DNA of 64,000 nucleotides, taken from assembly GCA_963668315.1 (NCBI GenBank), contig OY764216.1, positions 704,001-768,000 on the forward strand. The letters are read 5' to 3'. The position numbers and the translations under genes were made by a program. Positions 9,276 through 21,877 of this stretch are shown here, piece after piece. A model generated the notes under the pieces. That model made no database searches, was not told the origin of the DNA, and saw only the letters and a program-made list of their open reading frames with translations. Within the stretch, counting starts at the first letter, position 1. Each line of letters begins with the position of its first letter. The DNA is from Spirochaetia bacterium. Its GTDB lineage: Bacteria > Spirochaetota > Spirochaetia > DSM-2461.

Positions 9276-11576
9276 CTAAGACCGGGAATTGATCTTTCTC
9301 AAAAGCTCTGCCACCTGTTCCTCGTACATTTTTTTCCCTGCGAACAGGTGGATGGAGCGTAGGGGCAGTTCCTTGAAGAGTGTCAGGGCAAACTGCTTTT
9401 TCATGCCCCCCTTCGCCTCCATCTCATCAAAGACTTCATCCAAGAGAACCTTACCTTTCTTATTATCGTACACTTCCTGAACGGAAGAGTTTCTGGTGTA
9501 GATCAGGGGTTTTCTGTTTTCCGATTTAAGCGTTACCGTCTCTGCAAGATGAAGCGATTTTGACGAGCTTCCCGCCAGAATCTCATATTCCCCGTCGGCG
9601 ACATACCAGTCGGCGATTTCCGGGTCATAATAGGCAAAGGCTCTTTTATCCAGAGAGAAAACCGCTTCCCCCCTTTCTCCGGAAGAGAGAGTGATTTTCT
9701 CAAAACCCTTGAGTTCCTTGTCCGGTCTCTGTACGGGCGCATTCTTTGGCCGGACATATAGCTGTACCGTCTCTTTTCCCGCCCTTTTCCCGCTGTTTCT
9801 AATCTTCACCCTTACCTGCAGGGTATCCTTATCGGAAAGGACCTTTTTATCGGTCTCCATGCTTTCGTAGGTAAAGTCCGTATAACTCAATCCGAAACCA
9901 AAGGGAAAAAGCGTCTCCCTCGCTGCCGCATCATAATAACGGTATCCCACATAAAGCCCTTCTCTGTAATCAACCATATTGCCGTCCCCGGGAAAGAAAA
10001 GATAGGAGGGATTGTCCTCAACTCTCAGGGGATAGGTCTCCGCCAGTTTTCCCGAGGGATTGACTTCTCCGAACAGAACATCGGCGATAGCCCCGCCGAA
10101 AGCCTGCCCGCCAAGGTATCCTTCCACTACGGCTTTCACGCTGCTTAGCCAGGGCATCTCTATGGGCGACCCGTTACTCAGCACAACAATCGTATTGGGC
10201 TGAACAGAAGCGACGGCTTTTATCAGTTCTTCATGGCCCGCGGGAATGGATATATGTTTTCTGTCATATCCTTCCGATTCATAGGGCTCGGGAAGTCCTG
10301 TAAAGATGACAGCGGCAGCGGCTTTTTTCGCCGTCTCGCAGGCGGCTTCAATCAGGGCGGTATCCGGTTCATCGCTGACGGAATTAAACCTTCTGTGGGA
10401 ATATCTGTCCACAATCCTGTCTACCGGGTAACCCTCCTGATACTCGACTTTCATGCTCCTTCCGCCGGCTATTTTTTTGATTTCATCCAGAGGCAGATCG
10501 ATTGTCGTCGGATTCACGTGGGAGCTTCCTCCTCCCTGATAACGTGGATATGTGGCAAAGCCACCGATCACTGCGAGGGAGTCGTTTTTTTCCAGAGGAA
10601 GGATCTCTCCTTCGTTTTTCAGGAGGACCATGCACTGAGCCGCTGTCTTCCGGGCGAAGGCATGATGTTCTTTCTCATCAAAGGGAACTCCCTCTTTTCT
10701 GTTATCTACGGCCTTTTTAATTATCCCCAGAAACCGCAGAACAACTTTATCCAGAACCTTCTCGTCCAGTTCACCCGATTGTACGGCCTTAACGATAAGC
10801 TTATCCCGGTCGCCTTCACAGGCGGGCATTTCCAGTTCAAGCCCGGCTTTCACTCCCTCCACTCTGTCATTTACCGCACCCCAGTCGGAAACGACAAATC
10901 CTTCGAAGCCCCATTCATCCCGGAGAATTTTCGTTAACAGCCTGCGGTTTTCCGAACAGAAAGCCCCGTTGATCTTATTGTAAGCGCACATGACCGTCCA
11001 GGGCTGCGCCTTTTTTATGACCCCCTCAAAGCTGGCCAGATAAATTTCCCGCAGGGTTCTTTCATCGATAAGGGTATCGGTTATAAGTCTTCTGAACTCC
11101 TGATTATTAGCCGCGAAATGTTTAAGCGATGTTCCTATCCCTTCCCCTTGAACTCCCCGCACATGGGAGGCGGCCATTTCGGAGGACAGATAGGGATCTT
11201 CGGAAAAATATTCAAAATTCCTGCCGCACAGGGGAGATCTTTTTATGTTCGTTCCCGGACCCAGAATAATGTCAATATTCTGGGCCTGGCATTCCTTTCC
11301 CAGATGGGAGCCTACCTGCTGAACAAGGTCCCGGTCCCAGGAACAGGCCAGGGCCGAAGCGGCGGGGTAACAAGTGGCCGGGACGCTGCCCGAGAGAGCG
11401 ATATGATCGGGATCCTGCTCCTGTTTTCTCAATCCATGGGGGCCGTCGGCCATCATAATCGACGGAATCCCGAGACGTTCAACAGGTTTGGTCTCCCAAT
11501 GGTTTAGACCGGAACAAAGACTGGCTTTCTCTTCAAGAGTCAGTTTTTTGACAATTTCCTCCAGGTTATTCTCCAT
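9276..11576 (-). CDS. GH3 beta-glucosidase
   Basis: DGPHGLRK, GRNFEYFSEDP, KHFAANNQE, SDWGA, Fn3-like ELKGFEK. Confidence 0.95.
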   Translation of the reverse strand: MENNLEEIVKKLTLEEKASLCSGLNHWETKPVERLGIPSIMMADGPHGLRKQEQDPDHIALSGSVPATCYPAASALACSWDRDLVQQVGSHLGKECQAQNIDIILGPGTNIKRSPLCGRNFEYFSEDPYLSSEMAASHVRGVQGEGIGTSLKHFAANNQEFRRLITDTLIDERTLREIYLASFEGVIKKAQPWTVMCAYNKINGAFCSENRRLLTKILRDEWGFEGFVVSDWGAVNDRVEGVKAGLELEMPACEGDRDKLIVKAVQSGELDEKVLDKVVLRFLGIIKKAVDNRKEGVPFDEKEHHAFARKTAAQCMVLLKNEGEILPLEKNDSLAVIGGFATYPRYQGGGSSHVNPTTIDLPLDEIKKIAGGRSMKVEYQEGYPVDRIVDRYSHRRFNSVSDEPDTALIEAACETAKKAAAAVIFTGLPEPYESEGYDRKHISIPAGHEELIKAVASVQPNTIVVLSNGSPIEMPWLSSVKAVVEGYLGGQAFGGAIADVLFGEVNPSGKLAETYPLRVEDNPSYLFFPGDGNMVDYREGLYVGYRYYDAAARETLFPFGFGLSYTDFTYESMETDKKVLSDKDTLQVRVKIRNSGKRAGKETVQLYVRPKNAPVQRPDKELKGFEKITLSSGERGEAVFSLDKRAFAYYDPEIADWYVADGEYEILAGSSSKSLHLAETVTLKSENRKPLIYTRNSSVQEVYDNKKGKVLLDEVFDEMEAKGGMKKQFALTLFKELPLRSIHLFAGKKMYEEQVAELLRKINSRS

Positions 11577-11591
11577 AATAAAACTCCTTCC

Positions 11592-12797
11592 TTAATCTTC
11601 CAATTTTGATGTTATCAGGGTAAAAAGAAAAATCGACGAAAATACAATTACGCTGCAGGCGGTGAAGACATGCAGGAAACTTGTTCTCTCAAGCAGCAAG
11701 CCGAATCCCATGGACCCCGAGGCAAACCCCGTGTCCAGGGCCAGAAAATACACCGCCCCCGCCAATCCCTTCCTGTGGGACGGCAATGCCTTGATCTGCA
11801 TGAAATTCAAAAGAGGCTGCACCATAGCGAAGGCCGAGCCATACAGCACAGCTGAGGCAAGAACGGGAAAAATGGAGTGGGAATAGGCCAGGATCATAAA
11901 GGCCGAACATTGGAAAACAACAGCCGTTGCATAAAGCCTGAATGGTTTCAGCCTGTCCAGAAAATTCGACCCGAAGACCCTTACGCTTACGATGGACAGG
12001 GCGTAGAAAGAGAAGAAAAGTGAAATATTCGTCAGATTTCTCTCAATTCCCAGGACAGGCACATAGGTAAGAATCAGCCCCAGGGAAAAGCCCAGAAAAA
12101 CGATGAGTATGACCGGTGCGAACATGCCTGCCCTGAGCGGTTTTGCTTCTTCCGTCCCCCTATCTCCGGACTCCCGGATTACCACGGCTCCCTTCAGCAC
12201 GATATACATTCCCATGAAGACGATGATGCTCCCCATAATGATATTACCGAGGAAAAGATGGGTATAGGTTCCGAACTGAAGAATCCCCATCCCCAATGCC
12301 GGTCCGACAGCCGAGGCCAGCGTCCCGAACACGGCATAATAGCCTATTCCCGCTTTCAGTCTGGACTCATGGGTGATATCCACGATAAGGGTGATAATAG
12401 CCGTAGAGACAAGACTGAAGGCAACTCCGTTAACGGCTCTCAGCAGATATACCTGTTCAAGCGAATTGGCGGTCAGGAACAGCAATAAACTCAGGAAAAG
12501 TAAAAAACTGCCCATGATCAGAACTTTCATCCGGCCTATACGATCAAGAAGGATACCGGCGACCGGCCTTGTCGCCAGGGCGGAAAAGGAGAAAAACCCC
12601 ATGGAAACGCCTACGGAAGCCTTGCTTCCTCCCAGTCCCAATATATATTCGGGTAATGTGGCCACCTGTATGAAATTCGTACAGCCGATAAGGAAATTGA
12701 GGATGAGGAACCTGGTATAGTCCGCCGTCCACAGCCGGTTGAGGGGGATTCCCGATTCATCCTTTTCCGGAAGGCAGATGTTACGGCTTCCCGCCAT
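11592..12797 (-). CDS. MFS transporter
   Basis: About 12 hydrophobic segments, GILLDRIGR motif A. Confidence 0.9.
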   Translation of the reverse strand: MAGSRNICLPEKDESGIPLNRLWTADYTRFLILNFLIGCTNFIQVATLPEYILGLGGSKASVGVSMGFFSFSALATRPVAGILLDRIGRMKVLIMGSFLLFLSLLLFLTANSLEQVYLLRAVNGVAFSLVSTAIITLIVDITHESRLKAGIGYYAVFGTLASAVGPALGMGILQFGTYTHLFLGNIIMGSIIVFMGMYIVLKGAVVIRESGDRGTEEAKPLRAGMFAPVILIVFLGFSLGLILTYVPVLGIERNLTNISLFFSFYALSIVSVRVFGSNFLDRLKPFRLYATAVVFQCSAFMILAYSHSIFPVLASAVLYGSAFAMVQPLLNFMQIKALPSHRKGLAGAVYFLALDTGFASGSMGFGLLLERTSFLHVFTACSVIVFSSIFLFTLITSKLED

Positions 12798-12856
12798 TAT
12801 TACACCTGTTGTATATCATATGTACCATAATAATCCGATCCTTTAAGCCATTTTAC

Positions 12857-13501
12857 CTATTTCTTAATACCATCCAGAAGAACTCGATGATATTTCTCCG
12901 TGATAATCCCCAGATTCTCCAGGGGGATATCAACCAGGATTTTTCCTCTTAGTATCATCCGCTGCTGAAAACTCCGTATCCCGTTGCCCAGGATTTCCTG
13001 AATAAGCTCCACATCCATATCGGTCCGGATCGTACCGTCCGCCTGGCCCTCTTGAATATATCGCCTGAGAAGCTTATCCAATACGGGCACCATGGCTTTT
13101 TCCATGACGGTTCGGAAACCTTCCGGGATACGTGATCCCGAATAATAGGCGTCAAATTCCGCCAGAAAGCGGTAGGAATCGTCATATTGGCTGTTCATCC
13201 ACCGCTCTTTCAGAAGATAACCGACACGGGATATTCCATCGGGAAGCTGATCTGCCTGAGGCCGGATATAGCTGTCATCCCCTATCTGCTCCAATCTTTT
13301 TACGACGATGGTCAGGGATAATTCAAGCTTGTCTCTGAAGTAGCGATAGAGAGATGTGCGGCTTAATCCGGTCCCCTTGGCAATACTGCTCATCGTGGTT
13401 TCGAATAAGCCTTTTTCAATAAATCTCTTTTCAGCATACTCCAGGATTTTATCTCGAGTCTCATCAATCTGGTAGATCATTCTTTCCGTTTTATATTCCA
13501 T
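12857..13501 (-). CDS. TetR/AcrR family regulator
   Basis: TTMSSIAKGTGLSRTSLYRYF HTH. Confidence 0.9.
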   Translation of the reverse strand: MEYKTERMIYQIDETRDKILEYAEKRFIEKGLFETTMSSIAKGTGLSRTSLYRYFRDKLELSLTIVVKRLEQIGDDSYIRPQADQLPDGISRVGYLLKERWMNSQYDDSYRFLAEFDAYYSGSRIPEGFRTVMEKAMVPVLDKLLRRYIQEGQADGTIRTDMDVELIQEILGNGIRSFQQRMILRGKILVDIPLENLGIITEKYHRVLLDGIKK

Positions 13502-13557
13502 GCCGGCTATTCTATTGACTCAATTGAATAAAGACAACAGTCTCCTTTATCATTTTT

Positions 13558-15837
13558 TTAACTCTCGTTTAACTTCTTGATAATCCCATTCAAATGATCA
13601 AAAGTGACTGATCCATCTCCGAAGCAGGCAAAATTTCTCAGGGGCATATAGCGGAACATCGCATCCCTCATTTCACTGGTAACTGCTTCCTCTGAAGCCC
13701 CGCCTTCATCATTTCCTCCCAGAAATGTTTTTTCCATCTGCCTTATGAGATCTTCCACTATCACGAATTTCTCCGGGTCATCCATAAGATCGCCGGCCAG
13801 GGTATTCATATCATATATCACGGGAATTTTTACCGTGCTTTCCACCGTGACGGCGGCTTCCGAACGTATATCCCGTGATGATGAACCTATCTGCAGTTTA
13901 TAGAGACCCGACTCCACATACCAGTCGTCAATCGCCTCATTGAAGTAGGCAAAGGATCTTTTATCCAGGGTAAAGCTGACGGTTTTCCCTTCACCCGGTT
14001 TTAGACAGATTTTCTCAAAGCCCTTCAGTTCTCTTACCGGTCTAATGGCTCCCCCTTCGGGCGGTGCCACGTACAGCTGAACCGCTTCCTTCCCGTAGCG
14101 GTTTCCCGTATTGGTTATTTCCAGGCTAACGGTTACGGTATCGCTGTCCTTAATCAGATCACGGCTTACCTTCGCGGGGCCGTAAGTAAAATCGGTATAA
14201 CTCAGACCGTGACCGAAGGGGAACAGAACGTCCATTTTCTTCTTGTCATAGTAGCGGTATCCGACGAATACACCTTCCCGGTATTCCACCCTGTCCTTCT
14301 CTCCCAGGTAGTAGAGAAAAGAGGGATTGTCTTCCATTTTAAGGGGAAATGTCTCTCCCAGTTTTCCGCTGGGGTTCACATCACCGAACAGGATATCCAC
14401 AACTGCCTCACCCACGGCCTGACCGCTCAGGTAGGCTTCAAGCACAGCGCTAACCTGGCTTAGCCAAGGCATCTCTACGGGGGATCCGTTATGAAGGACG
14501 ACAACGGTATTCTTCTGGACCCGGGCAACCGCTTCGATCAGGGAGTTATGACTTTCCGGCATGCCCATATGTGTCCTGTCATACCCCTCGCTTTCATAGC
14601 TGTCGGGCAATCCGGCAAAGATCACGGCGCAGTCAGCCTTTGCCGCCAGTGCCGCGGCTTCGTCAATCATCTTCTGATCCACACTGTCTTCCGTCAGGGA
14701 ATATCCGGGGGCGTAATCAATCTGAACGTTTCCGCCCAGCAGGGACCCGGCGGCCTCCAGGGCAGAACTCTGCTTGAAGGCATTGATGTGGGAACTTCCC
14801 CCTCCCTGGAACCGTGGCTGTTCGGCAAAAGCCCCCAGGAAGGTAATTTTCCCTTTTTTGGCGAGGGGCAGAATTCCCCCGTTTTTCAGAAGAACCATCG
14901 ATTCCCCCGCGACCTGCCGGGCTTTCCGATGCTGCTTCTCCCTGTCAAATACCGCTTGGGGGGGTTTCTTCTCGACATACATGAATACGATTCGGAGAAT
15001 TCTTTCCACGGCCTTGTCCAGAACAGCTTCGTCCAGGGTCCCGGCTTTTACGGCTTCGACAATTTTACCGTCGTTCAACCCGTGGGAAGAGGGCATCTCC
15101 AGATCAAGCCCGGCCTTGACTCCTTCAACCCGCTCGTTTACGGCCCCCCAGTCGGAAACGACAAAACCTTCAAATCCCCATTCATTCCTGAGTATTTCCG
15201 TGAGGAATCTATGGTTCTCGGCGGCGTAGGTTCCATTTATCCGATTGTAGGAGCACATAACCGTCCAGGGTTGGGCTTCCTTGACGGCCTTCTCAAAGGT
15301 GGGAAGATAAATCTCACGCAAGGTACGGTCATCAATCCGGGAATCGGAGGACATGCGCCGGTGCTCCTGGCTGTTGGCCAGATAGTGCTTGATGCTGGTT
15401 CCGACTCCCTGACTCTGAATACCCTTAATCTGGGAAGTAGCCATTTCGGCAGACAGATAAGGATCCTCTGAAAAATACTCAAAGTTCCTGCCGCACAGGG
15501 GAGATCTCTTGATATTGACAGCCGGTCCCAGGAGAACGCCCAGATTCTCTGCCTGACAGGCTTCTCCCAGGTACTCTCCCATTTCCCGGATAAGTTCTTT
15601 ATCAAAGGAGGAGCAGACGGTAACTCCCGTGGGGAAGCAGACGGCTTTTATACTTTCATTTATTCCTACATGGTCGGCCTGGTCGTCCTGTTTTCTCAAT
15701 CCGTGCGGTCCGTCGCTCACCATCATCTGGGGTACGCCCAATCTCTCGACTCCTTTCGTCTTCCAGAAATCGGCGCCCGAACACAGACCGGCCTTCTCTT
15801 CCAAGGTCATCTGCGAGATGATTTTCTTAATGTCCAT
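13558..15837 (-). CDS. GH3 beta-glucosidase
   Basis: DGPHGLRK, GRNFEYFSEDP, SDWGA; paralog of 9276-11576. Confidence 0.95.
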   Translation of the reverse strand: MDIKKIISQMTLEEKAGLCSGADFWKTKGVERLGVPQMMVSDGPHGLRKQDDQADHVGINESIKAVCFPTGVTVCSSFDKELIREMGEYLGEACQAENLGVLLGPAVNIKRSPLCGRNFEYFSEDPYLSAEMATSQIKGIQSQGVGTSIKHYLANSQEHRRMSSDSRIDDRTLREIYLPTFEKAVKEAQPWTVMCSYNRINGTYAAENHRFLTEILRNEWGFEGFVVSDWGAVNERVEGVKAGLDLEMPSSHGLNDGKIVEAVKAGTLDEAVLDKAVERILRIVFMYVEKKPPQAVFDREKQHRKARQVAGESMVLLKNGGILPLAKKGKITFLGAFAEQPRFQGGGSSHINAFKQSSALEAAGSLLGGNVQIDYAPGYSLTEDSVDQKMIDEAAALAAKADCAVIFAGLPDSYESEGYDRTHMGMPESHNSLIEAVARVQKNTVVVLHNGSPVEMPWLSQVSAVLEAYLSGQAVGEAVVDILFGDVNPSGKLGETFPLKMEDNPSFLYYLGEKDRVEYREGVFVGYRYYDKKKMDVLFPFGHGLSYTDFTYGPAKVSRDLIKDSDTVTVSLEITNTGNRYGKEAVQLYVAPPEGGAIRPVRELKGFEKICLKPGEGKTVSFTLDKRSFAYFNEAIDDWYVESGLYKLQIGSSSRDIRSEAAVTVESTVKIPVIYDMNTLAGDLMDDPEKFVIVEDLIRQMEKTFLGGNDEGGASEEAVTSEMRDAMFRYMPLRNFACFGDGSVTFDHLNGIIKKLNES

Positions 15838-15878
15838 AAATCTCCATCCTTTTATTTTATACTATTACTTCCGCCCTC

Positions 15879-16685
15879 TCAGACGGTTGAAAGATCCCAT
15901 TCCTCATGAATTTTCGGAACGTCGCTGATAAGCCTTTTTGTGTATTCAGCCGTAGGCTTGAGAATAACTTTCTCCGCCGGACCGAATTCCACGATATTGC
16001 CCTTTTCCATGATATAAACCGTATCGGAGATATAATAGGCAAGGCCGATATCATGGGTAATGAATATTATCGTCATGCCTATCTCGTTTCTCAGGTTCTG
16101 CAGCATATCCAGGATAGTCGCCCGGGAACAGGCATCGATCATGGAAGTTGGCTCATCGGCCAGCAGGATTTTCGGCTTCAAAAGGAAAATCCGGGCAATC
16201 ATGAGCCTCTGCATCTGACCACCGGACAACTCAAAGGGATACTTGTTGGTCAGTTCTTCAAATTTCAGATTGACGAAACTGCATGCTTCCGTCATCATTT
16301 CCACTTTTTTCTCGTAGGGGAGGCTTTTTCCACCCCTCATCTTTATACAGTCCAGAAGAACCGCATCAATCTTATGAAACACATTATAGGAGGAAAAGGG
16401 ATCCTGAAAGATCGCCTGGATATCCTTCCAGTACTCTCTCTTCTTTTTTCTCCCCTTGATATCCCGGGGCTTGCCCAGAAAGGAGATCTCTCCTTCCGTC
16501 TCATTCAAAAGCCCCAGAAGCATTTTGGCCAGAGTCGTTTTACCGCTTCCCGATTCACCGACGATGGAGACAAATTCTCCTACGTGGAAATCGAAATCCA
16601 CATGGTTGACAGCAATGGTTTTTTTATCGCCCAGTCCGAAAACCTTAGTCACGTTTTTTCCGCTTAAGCAAAGTTCCTCTTTCAT
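15879..16685 (-). CDS. Opp/Dpp-type ABC ATP-binding protein (OppF-like)
   Basis: [22 protein letters not shown]. Confidence 0.92.
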   Translation of the reverse strand: MKEELCLSGKNVTKVFGLGDKKTIAVNHVDFDFHVGEFVSIVGESGSGKTTLAKMLLGLLNETEGEISFLGKPRDIKGRKKKREYWKDIQAIFQDPFSSYNVFHKIDAVLLDCIKMRGGKSLPYEKKVEMMTEACSFVNLKFEELTNKYPFELSGGQMQRLMIARIFLLKPKILLADEPTSMIDACSRATILDMLQNLRNEIGMTIIFITHDIGLAYYISDTVYIMEKGNIVEFGPAEKVILKPTAEYTKRLISDVPKIHEEWDLSTV

Positions 16686-17686
16686 TTTCCGTAGATCTCC
16701 CTCAAATGTTCCACGCTGAACCGGCAGCGCTGGCTCCTGCCTTCTCCGAACTCCGTCATCTCCATATTGAACACCTTACACTCCGGGGTCGCGTATTTGC
16801 ACCGGGCGGCGAAACGGCATCCGGACGGGGGTTTCTTGAGATTCGGGGGGGTCCCGGGAATGGCGAGGAGTTCATGCTCTCTGGTCCCCGTTTCCGGAAC
16901 GATAATGGAGCCCATAAGCCCCTTTGAATAGGGGTGAACAGGATCAAAAACCATCTCCTTGGCCGATCCCTTTTCCACGATCTGCCCGGCGTACATAACC
17001 ATGATGTCGTCGGTGACATTATAAAGAAGAGGGAGTTCATGGGTAATGAAAATCATCGATTTGATGTAGCCCTTTTCCATGAGCTCCCGGAGCATTTTAA
17101 TGACCATTTTCTGACTGGTTACATCCAGAGCGCTGGAAGGTTCGTCGGCAATAAGGACCTTGGGGGACAGAATGGTGGAGATGGCGATAACCGTTCTTTG
17201 TTTCATACCGCCGGAAAGTTCCACCGAATGCTGATTCAGCACCTTCTCGGGCAGTCCGAGGATTTCAAAACGCTTTTTCGCCATTTCGTAGACTTCAGGC
17301 TTGGTCATTTCCGGCTTGTGAACATTCATCACGTCCTCGATGAAACGGATGATTTTCTGAGTCGGGTTCAGGGCGTTCATGGCGGCCTGGGGAATGTAGG
17401 CGACCTCCTTTCCCAGGATATTCTTGCGGATATCGTCCGGATCCATTTGGGATATATTTTTCCCGTCGATGATGATATCGCCGCTCGTATAGTGGAGAGG
17501 GGGGAAATAATACCCCATGAGGCTCAGAGCCAGGGTGGACTTTCCGCACCCCGATTCTCCGGCTATCCCCAGGGATTTGCCCTCCTCGATTTTCAGAGAG
17601 ACCCCGTCTACGGCATACACATCCTCTTTGAAACGGGTGATATACTTTGTTTTGAGGTTGTTGACCTCTAGAATTGTTTTTCCCAT
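16682..17686 (-). CDS. Opp/Dpp-type ABC ATP-binding protein (OppD-like)
   Basis: [31 protein letters not shown]. Confidence 0.92.
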   Translation of the reverse strand: MGKTILEVNNLKTKYITRFKEDVYAVDGVSLKIEEGKSLGIAGESGCGKSTLALSLMGYYFPPLHYTSGDIIIDGKNISQMDPDDIRKNILGKEVAYIPQAAMNALNPTQKIIRFIEDVMNVHKPEMTKPEVYEMAKKRFEILGLPEKVLNQHSVELSGGMKQRTVIAISTILSPKVLIADEPSSALDVTSQKMVIKMLRELMEKGYIKSMIFITHELPLLYNVTDDIMVMYAGQIVEKGSAKEMVFDPVHPYSKGLMGSIIVPETGTREHELLAIPGTPPNLKKPPSGCRFAARCKYATPECKVFNMEMTEFGEGRSQRCRFSVEHLREIYGK

Positions 17687-17695
17687 GATGTCCTC

Positions 17696-18946
17696 CTAAT
17701 CTCTCAATGTGGGGTTAAACACCTGATCGAGACCGGTATTCATCAGGTTCAGAGAAAATGAAATTAAAGCGATAGTCAGAATAACCGGGAAATAGGCCCA
17801 CCAGGAACCGTTCAGATGGGCCGAATAGAGCATGGACCAGTTCATCATCAGTCCCAGGGTGGGAACTTCCGTTGTCTTGGGTCCCAGTCCCAGCATGGAG
17901 AGCTGCGCTTCCGCCAGAATAGCCGAAGAGATCTGAAGGATCAGGGCCATGACCACGTAGGAGGCGATGTAGGGAAGGATATCCGTCAGGATGATGAGAA
18001 CCAGGTTATGGCCGGACAGCTTACTCAGATTAACATGATCCCGGTTTCTCAATGAGATAACCTGCGAACGGACGGCACGGGTTGTCCATACCCAGCGGGT
18101 CACGCCGATGACGATAGCCACCGTCATGGCTCCCCTCTGATCCTGGCCTATGGAATAGGAGATGAGGATAAGGAGTACAAAGGCGGGAATGACCGTGAAA
18201 ATGTTGGTGATGAACATAATGATATCATCGAGAAGTCCCCCGATAAATCCGGCAAGCAAACCCAGTGTGAGCCCGATCAGGGTCGCGATGATTCCCGCCA
18301 CGATACCGATGAGCATGGATGTTTTTATGGCCGAAACAAGTTCTTTCAGAACATCACGGCCGAAGTTATCCGTCCCCAGGGGAAGGCGTTTGACATTTGC
18401 CACATTTTTCAGATTGACGTAATCGGTATCTTCAATCGTTTTGACTTCGGCGAGTTCGCCAGTCTCACCGTCCCGGTTAGCCAGTACTTTCTCCTTGACG
18501 TCTGTAATGCTCTTCAGACTGTTATCCAATCTCGTGAAATAATTGCGCTTTGCCTTGGTAAACCCTTCCAGTCGAAGAGCCGGATCATAATTCTGGGTCC
18601 AGAGGGACAATAGGGCTTCCGTATCATTGATATCTAGGCCTTCTATGGATACGCCGGCTGTTTCGAACCACATGATCATTTCCACCCGGTCTTCCCTCTT
18701 GAGAACGCTGTCCAGACGGTTTGCCTCGGCATTATCCAGTTTGAATATGTTCTTCTCCGAATCCACGGCATCGTATAAGGAGACATAAGTTCCCGGATGG
18801 GCAAATGTCCCTATCGAAACCAGGGCCAGAGGATCGCCCGGATTAAAGAGGGGATAGAAGACCATGAGGAGCATTATTGCCATGAAAATGGCGAAGCCCG
18901 TGGTAAATTTGCCCGTATGGAAAATTTGCTGTAGTAAATGTTTCAT
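17696..18946 (-). CDS. Opp/Dpp-type ABC permease (OppC-like, large extracytoplasmic loop)
   Basis: [20 protein letters not shown]. Confidence 0.9.
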   Translation of the reverse strand: MKHLLQQIFHTGKFTTGFAIFMAIMLLMVFYPLFNPGDPLALVSIGTFAHPGTYVSLYDAVDSEKNIFKLDNAEANRLDSVLKREDRVEMIMWFETAGVSIEGLDINDTEALLSLWTQNYDPALRLEGFTKAKRNYFTRLDNSLKSITDVKEKVLANRDGETGELAEVKTIEDTDYVNLKNVANVKRLPLGTDNFGRDVLKELVSAIKTSMLIGIVAGIIATLIGLTLGLLAGFIGGLLDDIIMFITNIFTVIPAFVLLILISYSIGQDQRGAMTVAIVIGVTRWVWTTRAVRSQVISLRNRDHVNLSKLSGHNLVLIILTDILPYIASYVVMALILQISSAILAEAQLSMLGLGPKTTEVPTLGLMMNWSMLYSAHLNGSWWAYFPVILTIALISFSLNLMNTGLDQVFNPTLRD

Positions 18947-18958
18947 CCGTCTCCCCTC

Positions 18959-19966
18959 CTACTCGTCAAACTGCGCCGCTTTCACGCGGGGGTCGACAAA
19001 GGCATAAATAATATCGATGCCGAAGGTGGTGATAAGCACCATGATGGTGATTATTAGCGTGGTTGCCGACAGCAGGGGGTAATCCGCCATGGTGATGGCG
19101 GAAAGCAGGGTCGTCCCCAGCCCGGGATAACTGAAAATGATCTCGGCCACCAGAGCACCGCCGATCATGGTTCCCAGGGCCAGGGCCAGTCCGGTGATCT
19201 GGGGCAGCATGGCGTTTCTGAAAACGTAACCGACGATCTTCCTGTCCTTGATGCCCAGAAAACGGCTGTACTTCACGTAATCCGCGTTAAGCTCATAGAT
19301 GGACATGGCCCTCATGCCTATGGCCTGACCGCCGGTAGCGAAGATAACAATGGACCAGAAGGGCAGCTGATAATGGGAAATGACCGACTTCACGAAGCTC
19401 CAGCTGAAATTGGGAATCATATCGAACCCGTAGCCGCCGGAAGTAGGAGCCAGATCCAGCTTAATAGCGAATAAAACCAATAATATCACAGCCATTCCGA
19501 AAGCGGGAATGCTGCTGAAAAACAGGGCGATGGGCATTATTACCTTATCAAATCCCTTGCGGATATAGGCAGCCAGGGCACCCAGAATATTTCCAATAAA
19601 CCAACCGATGATTATTGCCGGCAACTGTAAGGCGACCGTCCACCAGACAGCGTCGTTTATAATGTCCGAGACTTCCCTCGGATACTGACTGAACGATAAT
19701 CCGAAATCTCCTTTCAAGGCATTTTTAAAATAGGTGAAAAACTGAACATACATCGGGTCATTGACTCCGAATTCCTCTGCATACTGCTCATAAATCTCTT
19801 TGACGGCTGACGCCTCTGACATTCCCTGAGCACTTTTGGCCACGATTACGGCAACCGGGTCACCGGGCATTAAACGGGGCAGAATAAAATTTAATAAAAC
19901 GGCAACTATAAAGGTTATAGTAAACCATAGTATTTTTTTTCCGAAATACTTACGGTATCCGCTCAC
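18959..19966 (-). CDS. Opp/Dpp-type ABC permease (OppB-like)
   Basis: [29 protein letters not shown] start at 19966 after GGAGGTG. Confidence 0.9.
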   Translation of the reverse strand: MSGYRKYFGKKILWFTITFIVAVLLNFILPRLMPGDPVAVIVAKSAQGMSEASAVKEIYEQYAEEFGVNDPMYVQFFTYFKNALKGDFGLSFSQYPREVSDIINDAVWWTVALQLPAIIIGWFIGNILGALAAYIRKGFDKVIMPIALFFSSIPAFGMAVILLVLFAIKLDLAPTSGGYGFDMIPNFSWSFVKSVISHYQLPFWSIVIFATGGQAIGMRAMSIYELNADYVKYSRFLGIKDRKIVGYVFRNAMLPQITGLALALGTMIGGALVAEIIFSYPGLGTTLLSAITMADYPLLSATTLIITIMVLITTFGIDIIYAFVDPRVKAAQFDE

Positions 19967-19996
19967 AAAGCACCTCCTGTCGATTTTTTCCATAAA

Positions 19997-20025
19997 CGCC
20001 CTGCCCCCCTAACCGGGGCAGGGCG
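19997..20025. terminator. Perfect 11-bp stem-loop between binding-protein and permease genes
   Basis: CGCCCTGCCCC-N7-GGGGCAGGGCG. Confidence 0.65.
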
Positions 20026-20041
20026 AATAAACAAGTCCTAA

Positions 20042-21877
20042 TTACTTAACTAACGTGATGTTATACAAATCGGCAACACTGTACCCGTGGATCAGATCTC
20101 CCGGGGGAATGTTTTTCCCATCGCCGGATTCGGCGAAGTTCGTCCAGACGGATTCGTTAACAGCATGGAAGCAGTTGGGTCTGTACATAAGGGTGAAAGA
20201 AGGTACGTCGGTAAGATAGATCTTATTGGCTTCCGTATAAAGAGCCTTCAGCTGGGCGGGATCGGTTGTGCCGGGAATGGCAGCAATAATCTCATCAACT
20301 CTGGAGTTGGAATAGTGTCCCCAGTTACCGGACCAGTTACCCTCTATGCCGTTGTACTCGGAGCTCATAAGCTGGCGGACGCGGTTCCAGGGCATGGTGG
20401 GGGAAGAGCCGTCGGACCACATCATCAGGATCTCATACTGGTCCTGCTTGGCGGCGGTTACGACGGTCTGGTATACGGACCATTCGGGGAATTCGGAAAC
20501 GATCTCGATTCCGATCTTATCGCCGGCGGCTGCCACGATTTCGATAGCGGCCATCCAGTCGCTCCAGCCGTTGGGACAGCAGGCGTTGAAGGAAAGCTTC
20601 TTGCCGTTCAGCTCTCTGATCCCGTCTCCGTCGGTATCCTTGATTCCGGCTTTGTCGAGAAGAGCCTTTGCTCCGGCAACATCGTTTCCGGCCCACTGCA
20701 GGGAAGCAACTTCTTTCTGGTTGTAAAGTGACTGCTCACCGGGAGTCGGGTTCATTGTGGAACGGGGAACCTGATCGAAGGTGGGAGACTGGTTTGTCAT
20801 AGCGTTGGCGATAATGGCATCGTAATCAACGGCCATGGCGATGGCTTTTCTGACGTTTACGTTGTCCAGACCGGGAATATCAAGATTGAAGTAACAGGTG
20901 GGCAGGGAACCGGAAACTCCGTAAGGGGCATTTTCCATATAGGTGGAAATGGGAAGATTGTCCCTGAGCCACAGGTTCTGAATATTGGGAATGAACTGCT
21001 GGCAGACATCAACTTCACCTGCTTTAAAAGCAACCTCACCTGCTGCGTTGTCGGCGTAGATCGTATGGACAGCATACTTGGGAGCGGGCAGTTTGCCCCA
21101 CATGGAGGAATCCTTTCCCCAGTATCCTTCGTTTCTGACGAGGACGACTTTCTGGTCATCGGCAAAGTAGGGTCCGTAAGCTCCGGAGTAGGGAACATCT
21201 TCGGCAGCGTCGGTCTTCATTTTCGTGGCATCGCCGCCATTGCGGCTTTCCAGCTTCTGAAGCCAGGCTTTCTGAGCCACATATTCCTGGGCAAGATAGT
21301 TGTCAATCATAAGGGGATTTTTGGCTTTTCCGTTAGACGTAAGAGCTGCTTTAATCACCAGAGTTCTGGCATCTTTCGCTTCCACAGAAGCGATATAGGG
21401 CTTATTGGAATTTCCGGCGGTATTACCCACTTTCAGCGAGGTAGCCCAGGTATAGGCGACATCGTTTGCCGTTACGGGCGTACCGTCACTCCACTTGGCC
21501 GCGCTTTTAATTTTCACGGTAACTTCCGTCCGGGCGGCGTTCCAGACCGGAGCTCCATCAGCCAGGAAGGGAACAAGGGAACCGTCCATGAAGTTGAACA
21601 TGTACAGAGTTTCAAACATGATGCTTCTGGAACCGTATGCCTGTCTGCTTACAGCCATGCCGTTGTTCATATCATCGGAGATCGGGTTCCAGCCGTTGAT
21701 AGAGCCCCACTGGAGTCCGGCCCAGTACAATGTCTGATTTCTGGGGAGGTTTCCGCTGGAGGCGTCTACCACGACTTCCTGATCCTTCGTGCTTTTTCCT
21801 TCATCGCTGTTTCCATTGGCAAATACCAAGGAAAAAGCCATAAGAAAGAACAAAACGAGAACGACTTTCCTTTTCAT
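20042..21877 (-). CDS. ABC substrate-binding protein, family 5 (probably oligosaccharide-binding)
   Basis: Signal peptide; [33 protein letters not shown]; clustered with GH3 genes. Confidence 0.88.
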   Translation of the reverse strand: MKRKVVLVLFFLMAFSLVFANGNSDEGKSTKDQEVVVDASSGNLPRNQTLYWAGLQWGSINGWNPISDDMNNGMAVSRQAYGSRSIMFETLYMFNFMDGSLVPFLADGAPVWNAARTEVTVKIKSAAKWSDGTPVTANDVAYTWATSLKVGNTAGNSNKPYIASVEAKDARTLVIKAALTSNGKAKNPLMIDNYLAQEYVAQKAWLQKLESRNGGDATKMKTDAAEDVPYSGAYGPYFADDQKVVLVRNEGYWGKDSSMWGKLPAPKYAVHTIYADNAAGEVAFKAGEVDVCQQFIPNIQNLWLRDNLPISTYMENAPYGVSGSLPTCYFNLDIPGLDNVNVRKAIAMAVDYDAIIANAMTNQSPTFDQVPRSTMNPTPGEQSLYNQKEVASLQWAGNDVAGAKALLDKAGIKDTDGDGIRELNGKKLSFNACCPNGWSDWMAAIEIVAAAGDKIGIEIVSEFPEWSVYQTVVTAAKQDQYEILMMWSDGSSPTMPWNRVRQLMSSEYNGIEGNWSGNWGHYSNSRVDEIIAAIPGTTDPAQLKALYTEANKIYLTDVPSFTLMYRPNCFHAVNESVWTNFAESGDGKNIPPGDLIHGYSVADLYNITLVK

